The notes beneath the pieces are model-generated. The model searched no databases. It was not told the origin of the DNA and was given only the letters and a program-made list of their open reading frames with translations. Shown in pieces: positions 42,297-50,858 of a stretch of 64,000 nucleotides of DNA. Made by a program: the position numbers and the translations under genes. The DNA is from Candidatus Latescibacterota bacterium. GTDB lineage: Bacteria; Latescibacterota; UBA2968; GCA-2709665. Within the stretch, counting starts at the first letter, position 1. Every line of letters starts with the position of its first letter. The DNA is taken from assembly GCA_965222075.1 (NCBI GenBank), contig OZ244937.1:2784001-2848000 (forward strand). The letters are read 5' to 3'.

Positions 42297-42474
42297 GCCC
42301 CCCACGGTGGATCGCCAGTGGATGGGGCAACCGCTCCCCTCCGGTCGGGTGGCCTGCAAAGCGCGAGGACAGTATCCGCTGCTCCGGCTCGCCCAACTCC
42401 CTGGGCAAGGCGAACCGGACTTCGCGGTACGCCCGCCCGTTGGCCCACTCGTGCGCACGTCTTTTTGCCCAAAA
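42297..42474 (-). pseudogene. MobA/MobL (MOBQ) relaxase fragment
   Basis: AHEWANGRAYREVRFALPREL..FAGHPTGGERLPHPLAIHRGG resembles RSF1010-type MobA. Confidence 0.7.
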
Positions 42475-42519
42475 ATCGACCCCACCACCAAAATCCATCC
42501 CCCTCCCTCCCCCACAAAA

Positions 42520-42549
42520 CCTGCCTGCCGCGCTCGCGGCGCAGGCAGG
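42520..42549 (+). repeat. CCTG..CAGG hairpin micro-element, 30 bp, intergenic
   Basis: cctgcctgccgcgctcgcggcgcaggcagg. Confidence 0.9.
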
Positions 42550-42568
42550 GAGGTAAAGAGGTAAAGAT

Positions 42569-45019
42569 TCAAGGCTTAAGCGTCCGGGCAACTCGAAAAC
42601 CGTTGCCGATGCCGTAGAGCCGACGGTCTGCGGATTCCCTGTCGCGCCTAGCGGCGCGGAACGCCCCGTTGCCCGACGATCCGCCGCGCAAAACTCGATA
42701 TGAGCAGTCACCGCTCTCCCAGGCAGAACCGTCCGCTGGTGCTCCACGATAACTGCGGTTCCAGCAGTCCTGAACCCACTCCGACACGTTCCCGTGCATG
42801 TCGTGAAGACCCCAAGCGTTGGGAGCGAACGAACCCACCGGAAGAAAACGCCTAAGGTCTGGCCACCGGATGTCGCAACCATAGCAATTGGCCCGGTTGC
42901 TGCCGACCTCATCCCCCCAGCTATACCTCGTCGTCGTCCCCGCACGCGCGGCATACTCCCACTCCGCCTCGCTCGGCAAACGATACCGGTCCTCTCCCTC
43001 CATCTCGTTCAGCTTCCCTACAAACGACTGTGCATCATTCCACGAAACATACTTCACGGGGCAATCCCCGCACCCCTTGAAGTGTGACGGAGAAAGGCTA
43101 CCCATCACCGCCTCCCACAGCCCCTGCGTCACCTCATACTTACCCAGGTAGAACCCCTGGCTGATCGTCACCTCATGCACCGGCCCCTCGATGTCGCGAT
43201 GACCCTCCTCCGACGGAGGCGATCCCATCTGAAACGTTCCCGACGGTATCCGCACCATCTCCAGCTCTGCGCCCCCCGGCATTATAAAGATGATAGTAGG
43301 TGGTAGAGGACGTAATACTTCCACCTGCACCTGCCTGTCCAACCCGTTTGGCCGGTCGAACACAGTCAGAGTCGTTATCTGCCCGGAGTCCCCAACCGCG
43401 ATCGCCCCTGCCACCGACGCATCAACCGGATCCGGCTCGATCGCGATGATATCGCCGTCGCTCGACTCCCAGCGATACTGCGGGGATTTGAACTCCGGGA
43501 ACGTCACCGCCTGCAGGCGCACCGTATCGCCCTCGCCGATCCACAATTTCTGGATCCCGTCCGGGTTGGTAGGCAACGGTTTGACGAACACTTCCGGGCG
43601 CACCGAATAGAAATCCCTGCTATTGAAACTCCCTTCGATCGTGTAATTGACCTCATTCCCCTTCACACTCAACGCCAGCGAATGCTCCCCGTCCCCACGC
43701 TTGGGGCTGAGGTATCTCAGCCAGTAGAAACTGTCCGCGAACGAGACGATCCTTTTCTGAATCTCGATAAACCGGTCAGCCAGTTGATCAGCCAGTTTGC
43801 TCACGTCCGAGATCTGGAAGAATCCGGCGTTGCCCAGTTCCTTCAGGACTTCCGGGTCAATCTCGTTCCCCAGGCCGATGGTGTAGACATTCTTGTTTTC
43901 CCGCGCCGTAAGCGCCTCCGACAGCGTATAAGACCCCTGCGTGTCGCTCCCGTCGGTCAGGATGACCAGGAACCCCTGCTGGACTTCGGTTGTCGTAAAG
44001 ATGTCCTGCCACCGCCGGGTTCCGGTGATAATACTACCGTACAGGTTGGTGGTGGGAAAACCCAGACGGATCTCCCGAATCGCTTTGGTCAGGGCCGCCA
44101 CGTCGTCGGTGAAATCCTGCAAGAGCTCCGGCTTTTCAGAGAATTCGTACAGGGCGATCTCCTGGTTCTCGGTCATGTTTTGCACCAGAATGATCGCCGC
44201 CTGTTTAATCTGCTCCAGGTGTTCCTTTACGCTCGTGCTGGTGTCCAGCATCAGAACGGTCTTCACCCTGAAAGTATGCGGAATGGCCTCCCGCTTTTGG
44301 ACGCGCATTGCCGACTCGGTAGGGGACACGACCTGATCGTCCTCGCGCACTTCAAAGTGTTCGGTGGTCAGTGACGTCACTCCCCAGTTATCGGAGTCGA
44401 TTACCTGGAAGAGAATATTGACAAAGCTGGGCTCCTCGGTCGTGATCCGGTGTCTGACCAGCCTGAACCGAAATTCCACCACCCTCACGGTGATCGTCTC
44501 CGAAGCCCTCCCGCCCCGGCTGTCTCTTACCGTGAACGTGATGCGGTGGGTCTCGCCCTCGCCGCCTGTGGGGGTCCAGCGGAAGGTGGACCCCGAAAGC
44601 GACGATCCCTCGGGGTGGCCGCTCACACGGTAGGTCAGATCACCCCCATCCGGATCGGAAGCGACCAACTCTATGATCAGGGTACCGCCTTTTGGTACGC
44701 CCTGGTCGCCGATCCGCTCCAATATCGGCGCCTCGTTGGGAACGGCGCTTTGACCAAAAAATCCGGCGAACGCCACAAAATCCCCGAAACCCACCTGTCC
44801 GTCGCCATCCAGATCGTACTTTGCCTCGTACCTGCCATCGCCCTGGCTGGTCCCGAATTTGCCTGCAAACGACACAAAATCGCTGAAACCAACCTTGCCA
44901 TCGCCGTCAAAATCCGCATCCGCTGCGGTTTGGGCATACACAAAAGCAAGCCCTGCGAAAACAATCCCCAGCCCCACCAACAATCCACCAACAGACCTTC
45001 TCGTGAATTTCATTGCCAT
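42569..45019 (-). CDS. Exported multidomain protein: dockerin-like EF-hand repeats, Ig/cadherin-like, vWA, Ig-like and FGE-sulfatase (CLec-fold) domains
   Basis: Signal peptide; DFDGDGKVGFSDF x2; vWA MIDAS DTSTS and TDG; F.MGS, YEVT, RLPSEAEWEYAAR, DMHGNVSEW, GFRVAR. Confidence 0.9.
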   Translation of the reverse strand: MAMKFTRRSVGGLLVGLGIVFAGLAFVYAQTAADADFDGDGKVGFSDFVSFAGKFGTSQGDGRYEAKYDLDGDGQVGFGDFVAFAGFFGQSAVPNEAPILERIGDQGVPKGGTLIIELVASDPDGGDLTYRVSGHPEGSSLSGSTFRWTPTGGEGETHRITFTVRDSRGGRASETITVRVVEFRFRLVRHRITTEEPSFVNILFQVIDSDNWGVTSLTTEHFEVREDDQVVSPTESAMRVQKREAIPHTFRVKTVLMLDTSTSVKEHLEQIKQAAIILVQNMTENQEIALYEFSEKPELLQDFTDDVAALTKAIREIRLGFPTTNLYGSIITGTRRWQDIFTTTEVQQGFLVILTDGSDTQGSYTLSEALTARENKNVYTIGLGNEIDPEVLKELGNAGFFQISDVSKLADQLADRFIEIQKRIVSFADSFYWLRYLSPKRGDGEHSLALSVKGNEVNYTIEGSFNSRDFYSVRPEVFVKPLPTNPDGIQKLWIGEGDTVRLQAVTFPEFKSPQYRWESSDGDIIAIEPDPVDASVAGAIAVGDSGQITTLTVFDRPNGLDRQVQVEVLRPLPPTIIFIMPGGAELEMVRIPSGTFQMGSPPSEEGHRDIEGPVHEVTISQGFYLGKYEVTQGLWEAVMGSLSPSHFKGCGDCPVKYVSWNDAQSFVGKLNEMEGEDRYRLPSEAEWEYAARAGTTTRYSWGDEVGSNRANCYGCDIRWPDLRRFLPVGSFAPNAWGLHDMHGNVSEWVQDCWNRSYRGAPADGSAWESGDCSYRVLRGGSSGNGAFRAARRDRESADRRLYGIGNGFRVARTLKP

Positions 45020-45057
45020 ATCCTCCCAACTCCTTGATCCGGACCCGATCTTTCATA

Positions 45058-45118
45058 CCTGCCTGCAACAGGCAGGCAGCAACCACCTGCCTGCCGAGCA
45101 GATCTCGGCGCAGGCAGG
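45058..45118 (+). repeat. Two CCTG..CAGG elements: a 19-bp mini copy (45058-45076) and a 33-bp copy (45086-45118)
   Basis: cctgcctgcaacaggcagg; cctgcctgccgagcagatctcggcgcaggcagg. Confidence 0.85.
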
Positions 45119-45123
45119 CAGGG

Positions 45124-46653
45124 TCAGAATGCTGATCCCTCCACCAGATCGTATGCCTTGATCCGGCGACGGAGGGTATTGCGCGAAATGCCAAGCAACC
45201 CGGCAGCCCGGCTCTGATTTCCATCGCACCTGCGGATGGCCTCCCCCACCGCCTGCCGTTCAAGCGCGGCCAGATTCAGGCTCTCCACCCCGGCCACATC
45301 CAGCGCAACGGGCAGACCGCCCGCCTCGCAAGGGACAGGCCTGCCTGCTGGCGCGCCAGCGCAGGCAGGCGCCGTCTGCCTGCGGCTGTCCGGCAATCCA
45401 CCCGCCTGCCTGCCGGGCAGATCTCGGCGCAGGCAGGCGCCAACAGTCAGATCCTGCAGGTGATCTGCCCTCACCTGACCGTTCCCGCACAGAATCGCAG
45501 CCCGTTCAATCGTATTGTTCAACTCTCGAACATTGCCAGGAAAAGGGTAGGCCTCCAGCAGCGCCACCGCCTCCGGGGCAAACCCCTGGATCGACTTGCG
45601 CATCTCCTTCGCATACCGGCTTAAAAAGTACTGCGCCAGCGGGAGAATATCCTCCAAACGCTCCCGCAGCAGCGGAACCCGGATGGTGAACACATTGAGC
45701 CGGTAGAACAGATCCTCCCGAAAAACACCCTCACGGACCATCCCGGACAGATCCCGGTTCGTGGCCGAGACCACCCGCACATCCACCGCAACCTCCCTGC
45801 ACCCGCCCACCCGACGGATACACTTCTCCTCCAGGGTGCGCAACAGCTTCCTCTGCATCCCCAGGTCCATATCGCCGATCTCGTCCAAAAACAGCGTGCC
45901 CCCGTCCGCCTGCTCAAAGTGGCCCTTCCGTGCCCGCCGGGCATCGGTGAACGCACCCTGTTCGTGGCCGTAGAACTCGCTTTCAAACAGCGCCTCAGGG
46001 ACGGCCGAGCAATTCACAGGCACAAACGGTCCGCCTGCCCGGGCGCTTTCGGTGTGAATGGCCCGCGCCACCAGCTCCTTGCCCGTACCCGTCTCGCCGC
46101 AGACGAGCACCGTGGTATCCACAGACTGGCAGACCTGCCGGATCTGCTCCCGCACCGCGCAAATGGCCCCACTCTCCCCCACAATCGCCGCCAGCCCAAA
46201 GCGCTGCCTGGACTCCGTGTTGATGCGCTCCAGACGCGCCTGCATCCTGTTCTTCTCCCGATGAAGCCCCTGGTAACGCATGGTCCGCTGCAAAGAAGCG
46301 TTCAGCTCCTCCACCTTGAACGGCTTCGTAAAAAAATCAAAAGCCCCATCCCGCATCGCCCGAAAGGCATGCTCGACCTCACTGAAGGCCGTAATCACAA
46401 TCACCTCCGTATCAGGAGACAGGCGCTTGACCTCCCTTAAGACCTCGAACCCATCCATCCCCGGCATCTTCACATCCGTGATCACGATGTCAACAGCCTC
46501 CCTCCGAAGGACCTTCACGCCCACGAACCCGTCTGCGGCCTCGTAGACCATGTGCCCCCGCGCCTGCAGAAACATCCCCACGGAAGACCGGATCTCCGGG
46601 TCGTCATCAATCACCAGAATGGACATCGGGATCTTTTTGTCGGACCTGGGCAT
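45124..46653 (-). CDS. Sigma-54-dependent response regulator (NtrC family)
   Basis: REC domain (ILVIDDD, DVKMP, TKP), GETGTGKE, GAFTDA, FPGNVREL, Fis HTH; RBS GGAGG before 46653. Confidence 0.92.
   Translation of the reverse strand: MPRSDKKIPMSILVIDDDPEIRSSVGMFLQARGHMVYEAADGFVGVKVLRREAVDIVITDVKMPGMDGFEVLREVKRLSPDTEVIVITAFSEVEHAFRAMRDGAFDFFTKPFKVEELNASLQRTMRYQGLHREKNRMQARLERINTESRQRFGLAAIVGESGAICAVREQIRQVCQSVDTTVLVCGETGTGKELVARAIHTESARAGGPFVPVNCSAVPEALFESEFYGHEQGAFTDARRARKGHFEQADGGTLFLDEIGDMDLGMQRKLLRTLEEKCIRRVGGCREVAVDVRVVSATNRDLSGMVREGVFREDLFYRLNVFTIRVPLLRERLEDILPLAQYFLSRYAKEMRKSIQGFAPEAVALLEAYPFPGNVRELNNTIERAAILCGNGQVRADHLQDLTVGACLRRDLPGRQAGGLPDSRRQTAPACAGAPAGRPVPCEAGGLPVALDVAGVESLNLAALERQAVGEAIRRCDGNQSRAAGLLGISRNTLRRRIKAYDLVEGSAF
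45340..45437 (+). repeat. Two CCTG..CAGG elements (45340-45369, 30 bp; 45405-45437, 33 bp) in frame in the NtrC linker
   Basis: cctgcctgctggcgcgccagcgcaggcagg; cctgcctgccgggcagatctcggcgcaggcagg. Confidence 0.9.
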
Positions 46654-46791
46654 CGTTATCGGCCTCCCCTGAGGTGATGAAAATTCTTCCCTGAACCCTT
46701 TTGTCGGTGCTGCAAAGACCGTCACGGGCGCGAGGGACGTGTCGGTACCCTCCCTGAATCGCCCTTCCAGGCCAGCAGAGCGAGTCCGAGA

Positions 46792-47234
46792 GTGGACATG
46801 GCCTTGTGGCAACGTCGTCCCAAGGACGTGATCCATCACTCCGACCAGGGATCGCAGTATACCTCCATCGCCTTTGGTCTGCGCTGCAAAAGGGCCGGTG
46901 TCCGTCCCTCCACAGGATCGGTCGGAGACTGCTTCGACAACGCGATGTGCGAGAGTTTCTTCGCTACACTCGAATGCGAACTGCTCGACCGCCACTGCTT
47001 CCGCATTTACCAGGCCTGCCTGCAGCGCAGGGCACTGCGCAGGCAGGAAGCGCAACGGGCCCTCTTCGCGTATATCGACCTGTCTGCGTGCTACGCACAG
47101 GCAGGGGGGTGGTATAATCCACATCGCAGACATTCAGCTCTGGGATACGACTCACCCACAACCTACGAAGAAAAACACCAGGCATGGGCTTGACACCCAA
47201 GCCTAAAACCGTCCACGAAACCGAGGTAACTCCA
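46792..47234 (+). mobile_element. IS3-family remnant: transposase OrfB C-terminus and right end
   Basis: IHHSDQGSQYTS, GDCFDNAMCESFFATLECE, WYNPHRRHSALGY; ends ..GTCCACGAAACCGAGGTAACTCCA. Confidence 0.88.
47015..47105 (+). repeat. Two CCTG..CAGG elements (47015-47047, 33 bp; 47079-47105, 27 bp) in frame in IS3 OrfB
   Basis: cctgcctgcagcgcagggcactgcgcaggcagg; cctgtctgcgtgctacgcacaggcagg. Confidence 0.92.
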
Positions 47235-47407
47235 GTTAAAGCACTCTATTTCAATCAGCATTACCTGGATCGAATTATTCGCATCTTCGGTTGGGCGCGG
47301 TCCCATAGTGTGACAAAAAAGATAGCATAACATCCTCAATAATTTCTTATGGTTAGAGGAAAGTTTGGGAAATTTACTTCTAACCAACAAGAATCAGAAA
47401 GGACGTT

Positions 47408-48925
47408 ATGCTGGATCATATCATAGATCAAGTGACAGAAAAAGTCAACCAAAAGTTGCCTAAGATGGTGAGCGACCTGCAAGAGAGTCTTTCGTTTGCC
47501 GACTTGGAGCATGGCTTGATCGGTTTGCTCCAGGAGGTGGTGGGCATCGTCGTGAGTCCGGTGTTGAATCAGGTTTTTCAGGATGAGGCCTTGCTGTTTG
47601 GGCTGCGTCAGGCAGCCGGTAGTATGGGCTACAGATATAAGGAACATCGGCCTTTGACCGTACGGGTTTTGGAAGGTGTAGAAGTTGAAGTCTCTTCGCC
47701 CTATTTCGTTAAGCGGGGTCGCAAACGGGGCAGGAAGAAGCGGGGTCCCAATGGTCGAGGGTGTCATCTGTTATTGGATGTGCTTGGGTTTATCGGTCGG
47801 TGCAGTCCGGAGTTTGTAGATGAAGCTGTGAAGTTGGCCTTGTTATGCCCCTCCTTTGAGGTGGCCACTCAGGTGTTGGATGCCCGTCAGATAAAGCTGG
47901 ACAAAAAAACCCTTCGAAGATTGTGCAAAGCTTTAGGCGAATTGGGTCTGGAGCAGAGAGCCACGATTGCTCTAAAAGATGAGCTCTCCTTTTCAGGTCG
48001 CACGGTGTATATCGGCATCGATGGGGGTCGGATGCGGATGCGTGAGCCCAAGCGGGGTCGAAAGCCAAAGGGAAAGAAATATCCCCGATATGATACACCT
48101 TGGAGAGAACCCAAGTTGTTTACCATCTACATGTTGGACGAAAAAGGTCGCGTCGAAAAATCGTGGACGCCTATCCACGATGCGACTCGGGGCAATGCCG
48201 ATTTGATGTTTGAGATGCTGGAAGCTACCCTTTTGGAACTGCCCCTGCAACAGGCCGATCGGGTCGTGTTTATCGCCGATGGGGCAGAATGGATCTGGCC
48301 GAGGGTAGAGCGTCTGATCTGGAGGTTGGGGGTGCCTCCAAGCAAGGCGATCCAGATCCTCGACTATTACCATAATAGTGAAACCCTCTTTGAACTGGTG
48401 CAACTCCAACCCAAGCTTAAAGAAAAGGCACAACGTGCCCTGTATGAGACGTGGAAGACCTGGATGTGGAATGGGGAGCTTTTAAAACTCCGACCTGCCT
48501 GTGCGTGCTGTCTCACGCACGCAGACAGGAAAGAAGTGCTCCAGCAGCTTCGCGGGGAAAAACGAAAACAGGCCATCACATCCCTGAACCATTTCGACCG
48601 TCATGCGCATCGAATGCGCTATCCTACCTTCAAAGAACAGGGCCTTCCCACCTGTCTGCGTGCCACGCACAGGCAGGTCGGAAGTGGACACGTCGAAAGC
48701 GCCATCCGTCGTGTCATCAACCTTCGGATCAAAGCACCAGGCACGTTCTGGAAAAAAGACATGGGCGAATACTTCCTGTTTCTGCGCTCACAGTTGATCT
48801 GTGGAAGATGGCCTATCTTCTTCCAGAATGTCACAGGACGATACCGAACGGGTGAGTTTGCCCAACATCTCTTTCCCTCTTCTCCGAAAATGGGTTTGCT
48901 CAAGACAGGGACAGATGATCACTAA
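47408..48925 (+). CDS. DDE transposase (ISKra4/ISLre2-like) carrying two in-frame hairpin insertions
   Basis: IDGG, ADGAEWIW, LDYYH and RMRY....G.P[insert]GSG.VES motifs. Confidence 0.88.
   Translation: MLDHIIDQVTEKVNQKLPKMVSDLQESLSFADLEHGLIGLLQEVVGIVVSPVLNQVFQDEALLFGLRQAAGSMGYRYKEHRPLTVRVLEGVEVEVSSPYFVKRGRKRGRKKRGPNGRGCHLLLDVLGFIGRCSPEFVDEAVKLALLCPSFEVATQVLDARQIKLDKKTLRRLCKALGELGLEQRATIALKDELSFSGRTVYIGIDGGRMRMREPKRGRKPKGKKYPRYDTPWREPKLFTIYMLDEKGRVEKSWTPIHDATRGNADLMFEMLEATLLELPLQQADRVVFIADGAEWIWPRVERLIWRLGVPPSKAIQILDYYHNSETLFELVQLQPKLKEKAQRALYETWKTWMWNGELLKLRPACACCLTHADRKEVLQQLRGEKRKQAITSLNHFDRHAHRMRYPTFKEQGLPTCLRATHRQVGSGHVESAIRRVINLRIKAPGTFWKKDMGEYFLFLRSQLICGRWPIFFQNVTGRYRTGEFAQHLFPSSPKMGLLKTGTDDH
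48494..48529 (-). repeat. CCTG..CAGG element, 36 bp, inverted orientation, in frame in the transposase
   Basis: cctgcctgtgcgtgctgtctcacgcacgcagacagg, adding PACACCLTHADR. Confidence 0.88.
48651..48677 (+). repeat. CCTG..CAGG element, 27 bp, in frame within the PIGSG motif
   Basis: cctgtctgcgtgccacgcacaggcagg. Confidence 0.92.
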
Positions 48926-49691
48926 CGCAATCAACCGCTTATTCAACAACTTAACACGACTTTCTATATGTCATACTTTAGGACTGCACCCTCTTCGGTT
49001 TGGACAATATGGTGAACAGTTTTTCTGCGTATGAGTTCAAATAAATCAAGGGGTTACAAATGGACGCCCTTTTTTTTTAAACTTAGCCCATCCCCTGAGT
49101 TTAAAAAAACGGCTGATTTAAAAAAGGCTTGTATTTTAACAACTTATCATTTTTAAGCCGTTAAGAACTTACCAAAAAGTATTCACAGTATTGATATCGT
49201 TGCCACAATGACAATAACGAAGATCACGAAAATAAAAACCAACATCAACATGTTGAATCTCCTTTCACGTCAACAGGGGGGTAATGTCTTAAATTTCCTG
49301 CAAAAAGAACCGGCGCGAACTATCTTCCTGAGGTCATTATCAAACTCAACGCCCCGAGTGGGCACAATGCCATCGGCATGGACAAACGGGATGGGCGGGT
49401 TGGACTTCACATGTAGCCGATCATCACCGCGGTAACAGGCGGAACGTCTTCTTCGCTCATTTCCTCCTCCTTTCAGTTGATGTTCGAGAGTCCGCCGTGG
49501 ACGGTGCTGCGTGGTCCGTTCATCGAACAAGAGCGCCCGCGAAGCGTTCGTGGGCTCGGGAGATTCCCCAGCAGACAGCAGGTCGGGTCACGCTCATGAC
49601 CGCCACGGCGGGCTCGATGCTCCATTTTGTCCGAACCTCGTCATGCGTTCCCAGAATGTTGACCCCCGGCACCTCCTGGTGAAGAGACTGA

Positions 49692-50456
49692 TCAGCGAGG
49701 GCTTAACCGGATCGTCCAGATGACGCCGGGCGGAGCATTCATCCTCCCCAACATCGAACGATTATTTGTGCTATATTCTTCAAGTTCCTCTAAATCCTCA
49801 AGAAGCTCCAATAAATAGTATGTTCCTACTGCCACCCCCGCGAGAGTCCAAAACCAGCCATACCAATTGGTTTCTGATTTTTGCACTACAACTACCTTTG
49901 TCGGCAGTTCTTCCTCCTTCTCTTTCTCCTTCTCTTTCTCCTTCTCTTTCTCCTTTCCAGCTTTCTCATCTATCATGAAGTCCATGTTATCCTTCGCGTA
50001 AAGACTGATCAACGTGGGCTTCAAAGGATCACCGAAGTGGAACTGGTCGATGTATCGGATGTCCCGCTTCGTGCCTTCCTGCTGGGCTAGAAGAGGCAGG
50101 TCTCCCAGTGTCATGCCAGGCCGTGGCGCCTCGTTGCCGAAACTGGCAAAACGCGCTACGGCGATATGGCTGGACAAGCGGAGAGACCGCCACGGACTTT
50201 GAAGTAGCACGGCATAAGGCTGTTGAAGGGCGCTGGCAAAGAATGGCGTCGGTTTCAACGGCAGGTCACTCAAATGGTTGTCACGGTAGTAAATCCGCCA
50301 GTCTGTGTAGTTGAGATCCTGTTGCACCAAGTTGTCGGCGTCCATATACCGTGTGATCAACGAATTCCCGTTTGTTTTGGATGTTGCCGCGCTGGTCACC
50401 AATAGCACGGACCAGAGCACGACAACAGCATCTGTCAATATCATTAGCCTTCTCAT
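49692..50456 (-). CDS. Hypothetical exported/membrane protein with (KE)n tract
   Basis: RBS AAGGAGG; N-terminal hydrophobic segment; KEKEKEKEKEKEKEEE; C-terminal TM. Confidence 0.65.
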   Translation of the reverse strand: MRRLMILTDAVVVLWSVLLVTSAATSKTNGNSLITRYMDADNLVQQDLNYTDWRIYYRDNHLSDLPLKPTPFFASALQQPYAVLLQSPWRSLRLSSHIAVARFASFGNEAPRPGMTLGDLPLLAQQEGTKRDIRYIDQFHFGDPLKPTLISLYAKDNMDFMIDEKAGKEKEKEKEKEKEKEEELPTKVVVVQKSETNWYGWFWTLAGVAVGTYYLLELLEDLEELEEYSTNNRSMLGRMNAPPGVIWTIRLSPR

Positions 50457-50469
50457 CTTTCCTCCTTAT

Positions 50470-50520
50470 TGAAGTGGACCCCAAAGTCAAGACCAATTTG
50501 AGGCGGATTTAAGGTGGATA
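50470..50520 (-). mobile_element. Isolated IS3-family terminal inverted repeat (remnant)
   Basis: TGAAGTGGACCCCAAAGTCAAGAC resembles IS3/IS150-type ends (TG..GGACCCC); no transposase attached. Confidence 0.45.
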
Positions 50521-50858
50521 GCATTTTTCTTCTCGATAGGGTTCTCCTTTCCGGGATTTTACGTGAAGCCGTAAATGCCCCTCTAAACTCCTCGAAGTGA
50601 AACGCGCCCCCCCAAAAAAACCCGCGCCGGGTCTGGACCGCTTACGCTGACTTATCCGCCTTGCGCCGTGTTTTGATATTCACGGCAGCCATTACTGTCG
50701 AACCACGTCCATGCCAACTGCCGCTCAGAATTCGTCAACCAAGTCACACCCGCCCGCAGATCTTGCACCAGGCCTTTAAACACCTTGACCACGTAACGGG
50801 TCGAATGACATCGCAGCTGACGCATGGTTTCCTTCCTTCCAATTACGCAGGGAGCACA

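Larger units (their letters stand above)
47293..48991 (+). mobile_element. Complete IS, IS256 superfamily (ISKra4/ISLre2-like), 1699 bp
   Basis: Imperfect 23-bp TIRs (GGGCGCGGTCCCATAGTGTGACA / TGTCATACTTTAGGACTGCACCC, 18/23); 9-bp TSD TCTTCGGTT at 47284-47292 and 48992-49000. Confidence 0.9.

Noticed and set aside
45124-47133. 669-aa ORF as a single NtrC protein with a long N-terminal extension
   Set aside because: The extension is the antisense frame of the IS3 remnant; the real start is about 46653, after a GGAGG RBS.
33678-48677. CCTG..CAGG repeats as a CRISPR array
   Set aside because: Copies are dispersed with no regular spacers, interiors vary, and no cas genes are present.
33678-48677. 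CCTG..CAGG hairpins as intrinsic terminators
   Set aside because: They lack U-tracts and most copies are inside coding frames.
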